Source: Sedimentisphaerales bacterium
GTDB taxonomy: Bacteria > Planctomycetota > Phycisphaerae > Sedimentisphaerales > Anaerobacaceae
DNA: 64,000 nt
Direction: 5' to 3'
NCBI GenBank assembly: GCA_035448545.1
Contig: DAOTJE010000005.1
Location: forward strand, 57,878-121,877
Shown piece after piece: positions 18,872 to 29,620 of the stretch (position 1 is the stretch's first letter; each line of letters starts with the position of its first letter). The translations under genes and the position numbers were made by a program. The notes under the pieces are model-generated. The model had not been told where the DNA came from, made no database searches, and saw only the letters and a list, made by a program, of their open reading frames with translations.

Positions 18872-19264
18872 ATGGACACGACAAGTGAACGACGGCTTGA
18901 GGAGAGGTTGCACTACCATTGGCCCATCTGGTTTGCGGAAGACACCAACGGAGAGTTGTGTCAGGGACAGATGTCGGACATTTCCAGTCGCGGCGCGGCG
19001 TTCACCTGCTACGCAAACCATCACTGCCCCTATCCCGGTGAGCACATCGCCGCTCGTTTCAGCGTTCCTCGCTACGGCCAGGATGGTTCATTCGACATGG
19101 TCGACTTCGTCCGCACCGGCCAGGTCTGCCGCGTGGACCACGTCAACAGCATTCTGCGGCGCATCGCGATCCAGTTCGCCGAGCCGCTGCCGTTCCATCC
19201 CGGCGAGCAGAGAACCGGTTTCGAGATCGATTCCGTCGAGGACGCGGAGTCTCTGATGGTCTGA
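18872..19264 (+). CDS. PilZ domain protein (putative c-di-GMP receptor)
   Basis: 130 aa. RxxxR (RRLEER) and DxSxxG (DISSRG) motifs at the canonical spacing. Confidence 0.7.
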   Translation: MDTTSERRLEERLHYHWPIWFAEDTNGELCQGQMSDISSRGAAFTCYANHHCPYPGEHIAARFSVPRYGQDGSFDMVDFVRTGQVCRVDHVNSILRRIAIQFAEPLPFHPGEQRTGFEIDSVEDAESLMV

Positions 19265-19292
19265 CCGGCGTCTGGTTCGAGATGGCGTCCGA

Positions 19293-20081
19293 TCAGATCT
19301 GCGAATAGTCCGTCGGCCTCAGGATGATGTCGGTGATGTTCGAGACAGTGTCCTTGTATTCCGGGTCCTGGCTCAGCTTCCGCCAGTCGGGGTCGTCGCG
19401 AAACACCTGCCATCGCTTGTCGCGATCGGCCATATCCTCGAACGCCAGCATGTAGGTCAGGTTCGGCTGCTGCGGGCCGATGATCGTCTCGCCAAAAAAC
19501 ACCGGATTCAGGCCGGTCTTTCGAAAGATGGCAATTTCGCCGCCTTCGTTGAACATCTCGATTTTCTTCTTGGCGGCCTTGATGCTGTGGCTCTCGTAGA
19601 TGCGCATCTCGAAAATGCGCTTCTGGAAGCGGGGCGGTTCGAGCTGCGGCATGTGGCTGAACGCGGCCATCAGCGAGCTTTCGTAGCGGACGTAGCCGGG
19701 CTCGGAGATCGGCGCATCGACGAACCCACTGCACTTTGTGCGAAACTCCTCATCCGCCATCAGCCGCGACGATGACTCCAGCACGGATTGCAGCGACGGA
19801 TGCACCAGCAGCACGTAGAGCGTCGGCTTGCTGGGGCCGTACACCGCCTCGAACGCACCGACCGGCTTGATTCCGATCCGGTTCATCGCCGCGATGCCCA
19901 CGTCCCGGAGGAAGTCGCCGACACGTCCCCTGTTTGCACCGGAACAGAGGTGGTATTGGCGCAGCTCGAAGAACTGTCGCGGCGACGACACCTGCTCCGC
20001 CTCAGGTTGAGCCAAGGCCGGGGTGGCGACCGCCGCGCCCAGGCCCGTGGCCAGGAAATTCCGTCGATTCATGGTTGCCAT
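19293..20081 (-). CDS. NIPSNAP-family protein with Tat signal peptide
   Basis: Start at the ATG at 20081 (GGAGAT SD). MATMNRRNFLATGLGAAVATPALA twin-arginine signal. Two NIPSNAP-like halves (FFELRQYHL..., IFEMRIYES...). The longer ORF-track N-terminus overlaps the upstream gene and is rejected. Confidence 0.75.
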   Translation of the reverse strand: MATMNRRNFLATGLGAAVATPALAQPEAEQVSSPRQFFELRQYHLCSGANRGRVGDFLRDVGIAAMNRIGIKPVGAFEAVYGPSKPTLYVLLVHPSLQSVLESSSRLMADEEFRTKCSGFVDAPISEPGYVRYESSLMAAFSHMPQLEPPRFQKRIFEMRIYESHSIKAAKKKIEMFNEGGEIAIFRKTGLNPVFFGETIIGPQQPNLTYMLAFEDMADRDKRWQVFRDDPDWRKLSQDPEYKDTVSNITDIILRPTDYSQI

Positions 20082-20199
20082 CTCCTTCTCTTGCGTGTCG
20101 ATCCGGGGACTTTGCCGTTCCGTTGCCGATACGCTACCGGTCTGGAGCCTCTGCGTCAACGATCGGATCACGATTGCAGACGCGGCGTCACAGTAAGTC

Positions 20200-20242
20200 G
20201 GCACAAAGGAACAGGGCGGAGCACGGTGTTCGTTCTCCGCCC
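20200..20242 (-). terminator. Candidate intrinsic terminator after the lipoprotein gene
   Basis: 8-bp stem GGGCGGAG / CTCCGCCC (20214-20221 / 20235-20242). On the minus strand it is followed by tgttcctttgtg. Confidence 0.45.
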
Positions 20243-20275
20243 TGGAAGATGGCCTGAAAGGTCCTGTGATCAGCT

Positions 20276-20941
20276 TTATTTCTTTGGGGGCTGCGGGATT
20301 CTCGACGGAAGGGTCTCGCAGACCTTCGCGATCACCTTCTTGACCTGCTTCTCCTGATCCGGGGACAGCGCGTTGCCGGCGACGCCGCCGACCACGCCGC
20401 CCGCGACACCGCCGATGACCCGGTCGCTGGTATCCCCGCCGGCCAGCACGGCGCCCGCCGCCGCGCCTGCGGCGGCGCCCACGAACGTGGCCAGGCCCTT
20501 GCCGGTGCTGCCCGAGCCGCTGCCAATCCACAGGATCGACGCGTCTTCCACGTCGAGCAGCTTGGCGGTCATCTCCATCTTATCCTTGTACTTGGGGATG
20601 TTGATGACCAGGACCGCCGGCACGTTGCTGATCCGCCCGGCGCGAGCGGCATCCTCGTTCGAGGTTATGTCCGACGCCTGGAACTCCTGCTCCTTCAGGA
20701 GGGCCTGGACGCTCTGGCGCTCGATCACGTTGTACCCTCGCTTCATCAGTTCCATCACGAAGAAGTCGCTGATCTGGTTCTTGACCACCTCGCCGTAGAC
20801 GCGGCCGGTGACATCTACGATCGCCACCTTGTTGAGGCCGGCAAAATCATAACCGGCCATCGCGTAGCTCTCGCCCTGGCTCGACGCGCAGCCGGCCACC
20901 AGAGAAGCGCCCATCACGACGAACAAACACACGGTTCTCAT
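20276..20941 (-). CDS. Lipoprotein, CsgG/LpoB-like domain plus C-terminal glycine-zipper
   Basis: Lipobox LVAGC. VAIVDVTG...ISDFFVMELMKRGYNVIERQSVQALLKEQEFQ resembles the CsgG-family core (memory). The tail GAAAGAAAGAVLAGG...GGVAGGVVGGVAGN is a GxxxG zipper. AGGAGG SD. Confidence 0.65.
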   Translation of the reverse strand: MRTVCLFVVMGASLVAGCASSQGESYAMAGYDFAGLNKVAIVDVTGRVYGEVVKNQISDFFVMELMKRGYNVIERQSVQALLKEQEFQASDITSNEDAARAGRISNVPAVLVINIPKYKDKMEMTAKLLDVEDASILWIGSGSGSTGKGLATFVGAAAGAAAGAVLAGGDTSDRVIGGVAGGVVGGVAGNALSPDQEKQVKKVIAKVCETLPSRIPQPPKK

Positions 20942-21138
20942 CGCTTTTTACCTCCTGTGTAGTGAAAAACCACCAATCTCAACCATCCGAACGCGTCATG
21001 GTACCGATCTGCGACGTCCTGTCAACTGTTTCCGCTTATTGGTTGCCAGGCGCACAGAGCGCCATCTACTTCCATAGAGGCACTTGGCGAGGCGATGGAT
21101 ACTACAAAAAGGCGAATTGTGTGTTCGAACACCTCCGG

Positions 21139-21939
21139 CTACGCTGGAGGATAGGCGAGGCGGTCGTGTTCGGCCGACTTGGCGGGGCGGTTGGGCCATT
21201 TCAGCACGTCGAAGACATACTCGCTGGCCTGGCGGATCATTACGCTCGGCGGGCATGGGCACATCTCGAACGATCCGATAATCTCGTTGTCGAAGCGGTG
21301 CAGTGCGGCAAGCAGATAATCCCAGTCTTCGCGTCGAATCCCCCCGCGCAGACCGGGCGGCTCGTGGTCGTCGGTCTTGCCGTAGTTGTCCGTCAGATGC
21401 AGATGCGTCACACGAGGGGCCAGCGCCTCGACGTATTGCCGGAACGAGTGGTCGCGGTCGATGTTGGCCGCGCCCGTGTCCAGGCAGTAGCGGATTGAGT
21501 CGAAGCGTTCTCCGACGTGCAGCAGGGCCGGCAGCGAGCCGGTTTCCACGCAAAGCGTCACGCCGTTGGCGTCAGCCATCCGGACGACCTCGGCGGCAAA
21601 GCCGGTCCCGTCGAGCGCGGGCCCGTCGAGGATTCCGAGGCTGCTCGGCTCCGTGATGATGTTGGCGCCGAGCAGCGTCGCACACTGAATCTGCTCGGCC
21701 CACTGTTCCAGGGTGGGCTGGTCGGTCCGCGAACGCATGGACACGAGCATGCCCTCGGTGGCAGCCTTCAGCCGCGGCCAGTTGCGCCGTTCGTATCGGC
21801 ACTCGGTTTGTCCGTGGAGGTTCGGCCATAGCTCGATGCCGAAGCCCAGGCTGCGCAGGTACTCGCACTCCTGCTCGAACGACAGCGGGTGCTCGCGCCA
21901 CCAGAAAACCATCGTGGAAATCGCGTACCGGATTCGCAT
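21139..21939 (-). CDS. Sugar phosphate isomerase/epimerase (xylose-isomerase-like TIM barrel)
   Basis: Start at MRIRYAISTMVFW (ATG at 21939). 266 aa. HLHLTDN and typical TIM-barrel family pattern. Confidence 0.75.
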   Translation of the reverse strand: MRIRYAISTMVFWWREHPLSFEQECEYLRSLGFGIELWPNLHGQTECRYERRNWPRLKAATEGMLVSMRSRTDQPTLEQWAEQIQCATLLGANIITEPSSLGILDGPALDGTGFAAEVVRMADANGVTLCVETGSLPALLHVGERFDSIRYCLDTGAANIDRDHSFRQYVEALAPRVTHLHLTDNYGKTDDHEPPGLRGGIRREDWDYLLAALHRFDNEIIGSFEMCPCPPSVMIRQASEYVFDVLKWPNRPAKSAEHDRLAYPPA

Positions 21940-22293
21940 GGTGCCATCCCGTTTTTCCCGGAATCTCCTTGCACGACAAAAGCTATTATCGAACGGAACG
22001 GGCGGCGGGTTGAACGTTTCCGGCAGATTCCGCCGTGCTGTCCCATAATACCCGGGCTGTCGCCTGCGTATCTGACGGGATATGTGCAAGGATTCCCTGT
22101 CGCGCCGGGCCGCCTCGAATGCCTTGGCGTTTGGGGATGGTAGATCTGGTAGCCGTGCCAATTCCAGGTGGTTGCCAATGCCAAGAACCATCCCCAAGCT
22201 CTTCGAGTTTGAGGCTGCCACGCACCCCTCTGGGGACGAGCGAAATAGCCGATCCGGGCGGCAAAAAGGCGCGAACGGCCCCGGCCGCGGCGC

Positions 22294-22531
22294 GGGTGCA
22301 CTGCGTGTTTGTGGGTAGGTTCCTGCGGAGGCCAGGAAAGGGGGCTGTCATCTCGAAGAGCGTGGCGGATGTCATTTCGACTAAGGGCGAAGCCCGCACG
22401 GAGAAATCTGGCCGAGGATAAGGCCATGGCCCGTTCGCAGCCGGATTCCTCCACTCCGCTGCGCTTCGGTCGGAATGACAAAGTCGATTGCGACCCCCGT
22501 GAAGGTGTACCTACAAACATCAAGTGCACCC
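22294..22531 (+). mobile_element. 238-bp MITE, copy 1 (flanked by the 9-bp TSD CCGCGGCGC)
   Basis: Ends GGGTGCAC...GTGCACCC form about 24-bp imperfect TIRs (20/24). Direct repeat CCGCGGCGC lies at 22285-22293 and 22532-22540. 232/238 identical to the reverse complement of 38587-38824. Confidence 0.85.
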
Positions 22532-22618
22532 CCGCGGCGCGTAAGCTCAAAAAAAGGCCTTGGACCGTCCGCCCGACGCCACTATAATGACCGAAATTTC
22601 TGTCCACGGAGAACGTAT

Positions 22619-22888
22619 ATGTCGCAAGCAAGTCAGCCCAGCGGCGCCGGCGCCGAGAAGAGTTTTGAGGAGAAGGTGACCGAGGTCATCGAGATGGTCC
22701 GTCCCGCCTTGCAGGGTCACGGGGGCGATGTCCAACTGGTGGGCATCAACGAAGACAAGACCGTCAAGTTGCGGCTGCAGGGCGCCTGCCAGGGCTGTCC
22801 CGGCGCCGCCATGACGATGAAGATGGGCATCGAGCGCATTCTGAAGGAGAAGGTGCCCGAGGTCAAAGGCGTCGTCGCCGTCGCGTAG
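22619..22888 (+). CDS. NifU-like (Nfu-type) Fe-S cluster scaffold/carrier domain protein
   Basis: 89 aa from the ATG at 22619 (GGAGA SD). VRPALQGHGGDVQLVG...LQGACQGCPGAAMTMKMGIE is the Nfu C-terminal CxxC domain. The upstream part of the ORF-track entry lies in the MITE. Confidence 0.8.
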   Translation: MSQASQPSGAGAEKSFEEKVTEVIEMVRPALQGHGGDVQLVGINEDKTVKLRLQGACQGCPGAAMTMKMGIERILKEKVPEVKGVVAVA

Positions 22889-22924
22889 CGCCTCGGTCGC
22901 GACCGACCCGCCACGCCCAGTGTT

Positions 22925-24002
<1,078 letters not shown>

Positions 24003-24022
<20 letters not shown>

Positions 24023-25103
24023 CGCTGCCTTTGATGACTTTCTCGACTTCGTGCAGACTGGCGGTGGTGGTGTCGCCCGGCGTGGTCATCGCCAGCGCAC
24101 CATGCGCGGCGCCGTAGTTGACCGCTTCGCTCGGGCTTTTGCCCTCCATCAGGCCGTAGATCAGGCCGGAGGCGAAGCTGTCGCCGCCGCCGACGCGGTC
24201 GTAGATCTCCAGGTTCTCGCGCAGGATCGCGTCGTGGAACTGCCCGTCCATGTAGAGGACCGCGCCCCAGTCGTTGACCGAGGCGGTCCTGGCGTTGCGC
24301 AACGTGGTCGCGACCGCCTTGAAGTTCGGGAACTCCTGGACCGCCGCCTCGATCATCCGTTTGAAATTCGTCGGGTCGAGCTTGGAGAAGCTCGTGTCCA
24401 GACCCTTGACCTCAAAGCCGAGCGCGGCGGTGAAATCCTCCTCGTTGCCGATCATCACGTCGACGTGGGAGGCGATGGCCCGGTTCACCTCTCGGGCCTT
24501 GGCCTGCCCGCCGATGTCTTTCCAAAGCGAGTTGCGGAAGTTCAGGTCGTAGGAGACGATGGTGCCGTACTTCTGGGCGGTAGTGACTGCTTCGAGGATG
24601 ACGTCGCGTGTCGTCTCCGAAAGCCCGGCGAAGATGCCGCCGGTGTGGAACCAGCGGATGCCGTCGCGTCCGAAGATCGTATCCCAATCAACGTCGCCTT
24701 TCTTCAGTTGGGACGCGGCGCTGTGGGCGCGGTCGCTGCACCCAACGGCAGCGCGGACGCCGAACCCTCGCTCGGTGAAGTTCAGTCCGACGCGGACCTT
24801 GCGTCCGATCCCGTCGTAGGGAACCCACTTGATGTACTCGGTGCTGACGCCGCCTTGAAGGATCAGGTCTTCCAGCAGGCGCCCGACGGGATTGTCCACG
24901 TTGGCGGTGACGACCGCGGCACGCTTGCCGAAGCAGCGTCTCAGGCCGCGAGCGACGTTGTATTCGCCACCGCCTTCCCAGACGCGGAAGTGACGCGTCG
25001 TGTGGATGCGCTCGTCGCCTGGATCGAGGCGGATCATGATCTCGCCCAGCGAGAGGATATCGTACTTGCATTCGGATGCCGGTCTGAGGTCCAACGCAGC
25101 CAT
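24003..25103 (-). CDS. kdgK: PfkB-family sugar kinase, 2-dehydro-3-deoxygluconokinase-like
   Basis: 366 aa. YDILSLGEIMIRL...WEGGGEYNVARGL, DLNFR, C-terminal GGGDSFASGLIYGL. Overlaps the mtnA start by 20 nt. Confidence 0.75.
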
Positions 25104-25127
25104 AGCGACTCTCCTTCTTGCGAGTGG

Positions 25128-27164
25128 TTACGCCTGGTAGATTCTGCCTTCGCGATAGTCCTGCCAGGCCGGCTCGAACGCTTTGCGTTCGGTCGGCAGC
25201 GGTCGCGGCGTCACCGTCGTGCAGGTGAACAGGTCTTCGGCCTTTGGATCGAACTCGATCCGCAGGATCGAATTTCGCAGCTCGACGTTTTCGGGCTTGA
25301 ACCGCAGCGGCTTGCCCGTCGTTCGGTCTACGACGTCTTTGTGAACCTCGATCCCGTCGGCGGCCAGGACCAGATAGGAGCCGCGTGAGCCGCTGCCCAG
25401 GCGAAGCAACTCCACGATGGCCTTCAGATACCCGACGCTGGCCAACGCCAGATGTTCGGCCTGGATGGCGGCGACCACCGATTTGAGTCCGGCCAGCCTG
25501 ATGCCGTCGGCGCGGATCGCCTCGTACCGGGCCACGGCCTCCTTCAGGGCCTTCGTCGCGTCCGCCATCTCACGAATGTGTCCGCCGGAAGCAGTCATGC
25601 GATTCTGAATCTCCTCGATGACGGCGCTGGCGGCGGCACCGGACGATTTCTTCCAGCCGTTGAGTTTTGTGATGAGGCCCGTCAGTTGCTCGTCGATCTC
25701 CTTCTGCTGTCTCGCATAGGTCGGGACATTTGCGCCGTAGACGTTGGCGATGTACTCGGCGGCGCGGAGCCCGCCGGTCTGTCCGGCGTTCAGGGCCGAG
25801 CCGCCCGGACGCTTGACGCCGTGACTGCCCGCCATCTCGCCGATCACGAACGTGTGCGGAAGGCTCGATTCCCACCACTTATTGATCGCGAAGCCGCCGT
25901 TGTTGTGTTGGGCGCAGACCGCGATCTCCAGCGGCTCCTTGTACAGGTCGATGCCGTGCTCTTTGTAGATGTCGATCGCCAGCGGATTCATGTGGGCCAG
26001 CCGCTGGATCGGCGTCGCCTGGAACGCGCCGGCCTTGGCGAGATAGTCCCGCGCCTCGGGTTCGAGGTCTTTGAGGTCGAACGGTTTCATCGAGGCATTG
26101 CCGATCGGGTTCTTGCGGAAGTCCATGAAGACTCGCCGGCCTTTCTGCGTCTCGTTGAACACCAGCACGTCGATCAGCGACGACTGGTGGTTCTCGATCC
26201 GCTGCGGATCGAACGGCCACTGATAGCCCTTCAGGAAGATGTCGGTGGCCATCTTGCTCATCGTCGGGAAGAAATCGGTCAGGAACTCGCGCTCGTCCTT
26301 GCCAGCCACGTCGGTGCTGAACAGGCGGGGCAGCGCCTGCATGTAGGTGCCCGAAACGTTCCAGCGGAACTTGATGCTGGCCAGGCCGAACTGCGACTCG
26401 GTGACATTCTCGGCGGCTAATCCCGCCTGGAAAGCCAGGCCGTGGATGCCGGTTTGGCCTTCGGGATAGACGCTGGTCTTGTACAAGGCGCCGGGCCCGC
26501 CGGCCGCCAGCACGATGTTCTCCGCGAGAAAGACGCTCAGACCCCAGCTCGCGTTCGTGACCTTCGACTTCTGGATGGTCACGAGGCCCACAATGCGCTT
26601 GGCCTCGCCCTGGCCGACCGCCAGCAGATGCGCCGCCTCCTGCTGGTCGAAGATCTGGATGCCGTATGCCTCGACCTGCCTCTGGAGGCACTCGCTCATG
26701 AACTTGCTGGTCTTGGGGCCGGCGCTGGTGGCGCGTTCGGCGGGGTCGTGGTCGGTCTTGTAGCCGATGAATGTGCCCATCGCGTCGGTGGGGAAGGGCA
26801 CGCCCGCCTGCACGAGATGCGCGAACTCGCGCAGCGAGCCGATCCCTTCGGCCAGCGCCAGATCGCCGTGACAGCAGCCGCCCGCCAGCAGCGTCTTGGC
26901 GAACTGTTCGGCGCAGTCGGGAATCCCGGGGCTGGTGCCCTGCTTGTAGTAGGTCTGCTTGTCGGAGCCGCTCATGCGCGAGGCGCCGAGCTTAAGGCCC
27001 GCGGTGACCACCGCGATCCGCTTCTGTGCGTCTTTGACGCCCTTGCGGGTCATGAATTCATAGAGGTGCACGGCGCAGTTCATGCCGGCCGCGCCGGCAC
27101 CGACGATGATCGTGCTGTAATTGTGCATGGCCACCGTCTGTCGGGCGATCTTCCTGGTCTTCAC
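25128..27164 (-). CDS. Large FAD-binding oxidoreductase (SdhA/FrdA/NadB-like flavoprotein fold)
   Basis: 678 aa. Dinucleotide motif IIVGAGAAGMNCA, ...CAQHNNGGF..., FVIGEMAGSHGVKRPGGSALNAGQ. Long C-terminal extension. Start may be the internal MHNYS (27128). Confidence 0.7.
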   Translation of the reverse strand: MKTRKIARQTVAMHNYSTIIVGAGAAGMNCAVHLYEFMTRKGVKDAQKRIAVVTAGLKLGASRMSGSDKQTYYKQGTSPGIPDCAEQFAKTLLAGGCCHGDLALAEGIGSLREFAHLVQAGVPFPTDAMGTFIGYKTDHDPAERATSAGPKTSKFMSECLQRQVEAYGIQIFDQQEAAHLLAVGQGEAKRIVGLVTIQKSKVTNASWGLSVFLAENIVLAAGGPGALYKTSVYPEGQTGIHGLAFQAGLAAENVTESQFGLASIKFRWNVSGTYMQALPRLFSTDVAGKDEREFLTDFFPTMSKMATDIFLKGYQWPFDPQRIENHQSSLIDVLVFNETQKGRRVFMDFRKNPIGNASMKPFDLKDLEPEARDYLAKAGAFQATPIQRLAHMNPLAIDIYKEHGIDLYKEPLEIAVCAQHNNGGFAINKWWESSLPHTFVIGEMAGSHGVKRPGGSALNAGQTGGLRAAEYIANVYGANVPTYARQQKEIDEQLTGLITKLNGWKKSSGAAASAVIEEIQNRMTASGGHIREMADATKALKEAVARYEAIRADGIRLAGLKSVVAAIQAEHLALASVGYLKAIVELLRLGSGSRGSYLVLAADGIEVHKDVVDRTTGKPLRFKPENVELRNSILRIEFDPKAEDLFTCTTVTPRPLPTERKAFEPAWQDYREGRIYQA

Positions 27165-27216
27165 GGTTGCTGATTCTCCTTCCCAAACGATTCGGTCAAC
27201 GATGCGATGTTGTCTG

Positions 27217-28695
27217 TCAGTTCACCTTTTCCGGCTTGGCAAATTCCGTAGTCATCGAGCGGGGCAGTCGATAGACCTCTCCGGCGCGAGTGCAGAAGTA
27301 GATCGAGGAGTCCGAAGGTTGCCGGCCGTGCCCGTCGGCCCACAACGCGTAGAAGCCCTCGTGCGCGCCGACCGGCTCGCGGGCGTACGTGTGGTTGAAC
27401 GGGCTGTCCCTGGTCAGTTGCGCGATCTTCTGCCAGGTAGCGCCCTGATCGGCGCTGCGCCACATCGCCATCTCGCCGCCGGGATTATAAGGCTGCGGAC
27501 CGGTTTCGGTCGGGGCGATGATGCGCCACGCTCCATCCGCCTCGATGTAGAGCGAGCCCATGTCGTAGTTGTTGTCGGAGGTGAAGGCCGGGCGGATCGT
27601 CCAGGCCTGTCCCGTCCAGCGGGCGGTCGTCCAGGTGCGCGGGTCGTTCTGCGGACCGGCCTCGAAGCCCTTGCTGGTAATGAAGAGGATCACCGGATGC
27701 CCCGAGGCGTCGAAGCGAATATCCTTCAGATACACGAGCAGGCCTTCCTTCTCGTAGTCGTGCACGAGCGCCGCGTTTTGCGGCCGGGTCAGCGGGATCG
27801 TGACATCGGTCCCGTCGGCGGCGTGCCACGATTGCCCGAAGTCGGTCGTTTCAAGGTAGTACAGGTTCGTCCGCCAGTTGAGCCCCTTGCCCTTCGGATG
27901 GTAGTTCAGGGCGGTGCCGGCCTTGGATTCGATGGCGATGCTGATCTGGTAGTGTCCCTCGTCGATGGCGGCCAGTCTCTGCCACGCGGACCAGCGGACG
28001 CCGTCGTCACTGGTCATGAAACAGGCGGTGCGCGCCGCCGGGTAGTTGTATCGGGTGAAGAAGGCGACGAAGCCGCGATCCGGCACATGCCAGGCCTGCA
28101 TGTACGAGAAGTTCGTCATCATGACTTGCCGGCCCTCCTCGATCTTCATCGGGTGCACCGCGACGAATTCATTGACGTCGTAGGGGCGGGCGCTGCGATG
28201 GATATAGGAAGGCCGCGATGTCCCGTGCGAGGTCGAGAAGACCCAGATATGGCCCTCGTCGTCTACGCTGATGACGGGATTGTCGTGGGCGTCGGTGGTC
28301 CGCTTGTCCAGCAGGATCGTCGGCCGGGGGACCAGGCCGGTGCGGTGGTCGTAGTACGAGACCATGTGCAGCAGTGTCTTATTCTGTCTGTCCCCGTCGG
28401 GCGTGCCGCCGTAGCAGAAGAAGGTCCTGGCGACCTTCTGGCAGTAGACGGCGAACGGCTGGTGCTTGGCGCAGTAGGTGCCGAGCCCACCGCTGTACTT
28501 GTAGCGGTACTCGTTGTCGAGCGGCTGGTTCATGTACCAGATGCCGCGATAGCCGGTGTCCTTGGTGTTGGACGTTGCGACCTGGCCCGGTCTGTCGGCG
28601 GCCGACAGATGTGTCGCGAGCTGCAGGGCAATGAGAGTCGTTAGAAACCGACCACGGAACCGCTCGCGCGCTGTGGCTATCCTGACGTGTGACAT
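27217..28695 (-). CDS. Secreted BNR-4-like (sialidase-fold beta-propeller) protein
   Basis: 492 aa. Signal peptide (LTTLIALQLATHLSA). GYRGIWYMNQP...YKYSGGLGTYCAKHQP...FFCYGG matches my memory of Pfam BNR_4 N-termini. Confidence 0.6.
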   Translation of the reverse strand: MSHVRIATARERFRGRFLTTLIALQLATHLSAADRPGQVATSNTKDTGYRGIWYMNQPLDNEYRYKYSGGLGTYCAKHQPFAVYCQKVARTFFCYGGTPDGDRQNKTLLHMVSYYDHRTGLVPRPTILLDKRTTDAHDNPVISVDDEGHIWVFSTSHGTSRPSYIHRSARPYDVNEFVAVHPMKIEEGRQVMMTNFSYMQAWHVPDRGFVAFFTRYNYPAARTACFMTSDDGVRWSAWQRLAAIDEGHYQISIAIESKAGTALNYHPKGKGLNWRTNLYYLETTDFGQSWHAADGTDVTIPLTRPQNAALVHDYEKEGLLVYLKDIRFDASGHPVILFITSKGFEAGPQNDPRTWTTARWTGQAWTIRPAFTSDNNYDMGSLYIEADGAWRIIAPTETGPQPYNPGGEMAMWRSADQGATWQKIAQLTRDSPFNHTYAREPVGAHEGFYALWADGHGRQPSDSSIYFCTRAGEVYRLPRSMTTEFAKPEKVN

Positions 28696-28706
28696 CGTGC
28701 GCCTCG

Positions 28707-29492
28707 TTATCCGACGTTGAAGTCCCGTCCGGTCGTCCGGCTGATCTGTTCGAGTGAGGCGCTCGCGAAATCGAGTCCGGGGTACTTCTCCCGACGGAGC
28801 CGGTCGATGAGCTGCTTAACGACCGCCAGTTCTCGGGCCAGCAGTCTGTAGTCCTGCTCATCGACGATTTTGGCGAGGGTGGCCTTCTCGATCATGCTGA
28901 ACGAGCCGCCGAGCACCAGGACGCCGGCACCGATGTAGTCCGGGATGTTCGACGCGGTCGTTCCGCCCGTAGGGACGAGGCTGATCGTCTTGTGGATGGC
29001 GGGGTCGACAGCCTTGACGAAGGCCGGACCGCCCAACTCCTTGGCGGGAAAGACCTTGCAGAGGTTTGCGCCTCGGGCGTACTGGCTGACGATCTCGGTG
29101 GCGGTGCCGCAGCCGGGGATCATGGGGACCTTGCCCGCGAATCGGGCCAAGCCCGCGTCGCTGAAGTTCACCGCCGAGACGAGGTACGCGGCCCCCGCGT
29201 CGACCACCTGTTGCAGCGTGGGCAGCGGATCGTCCGCGTGGGCGGCGTTGTACACCTTGAGCATGCCGGGCCAATCGATCAGGCTGGCTGCGCCTGCGAC
29301 GAAGTCGGGCAACTCCTTGCGGAGCCGCGTAAGCTTCTGTAGAGGCTGCTTGATCCGGCAGGTCACTTCCATGTTGCGGATCCCCGCCGCGAGCAGCGCC
29401 TCGGCGGTCTTGACGATATCGAGCTTGTCCTGGTTGAAGACGAGGATGAACCCGTCACGGACCAGAGTGACGAGTGTGGTCTTGATATCCAT
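28707..29492 (-). CDS. KDPG/KHG aldolase family protein (Eda-like)
   Basis: 261 aa. ALLAAGIRNMEVT, ...MIPGCGTATE..., CKVFPA, VPTGG pattern of class I KDPG aldolases. Longer than the typical Eda. Confidence 0.6.
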   Translation of the reverse strand: MDIKTTLVTLVRDGFILVFNQDKLDIVKTAEALLAAGIRNMEVTCRIKQPLQKLTRLRKELPDFVAGAASLIDWPGMLKVYNAAHADDPLPTLQQVVDAGAAYLVSAVNFSDAGLARFAGKVPMIPGCGTATEIVSQYARGANLCKVFPAKELGGPAFVKAVDPAIHKTISLVPTGGTTASNIPDYIGAGVLVLGGSFSMIEKATLAKIVDEQDYRLLARELAVVKQLIDRLRREKYPGLDFASASLEQISRTTGRDFNVG

Positions 29493-29504
29493 ATGGGCCC
29501 TCTT

Positions 29505-29620
29505 CGAATCGGCGATTTACGATTTGCTATTCACGATTCAACTTCACGGCTCCGACGGCCGGGAGCGAGCCGGTGCATCGCTTCTCTAAATCGTAAATCG
29601 CACTTTGCAATTCGTAAACC
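29505..29620. repeat. Palindromic intercistronic repeat (CGATTTA-armed), copy B3
   Basis: Arms cgatttacgatttgctattcacgatt and aaatcgtaaatcgcactttgcaattcgtaaacc are inverted low-complexity repeats around the GC-rich hairpin CGGCTC...GAGCCG. Fills the SDR-aldolase spacer. Confidence 0.5.

Noticed and set aside
20082-20531. 150-codon N-terminal extension of the NIPSNAP ORF (Arg/Gly-rich)
   Set aside because: It overlaps the 3' part of the upstream lipoprotein gene in another frame and is a low-complexity poly-Arg/Gly translation. A GGAGAT SD and a Tat signal mark the true start at 20081.
22309-22587. 92-aa ORF, and the N-terminus of ORF 37916..38749, sharing the identical peptide MSFRLRAKPARRNLAEDKAMARSQPDSSTPLRFGRNDKVDCDPREGVPTNIKC
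   Set aside because: The shared peptide is simply the translation of the 238-bp MITE. The ORFs leave the element into unrelated sequence, so they are not a conserved protein family.
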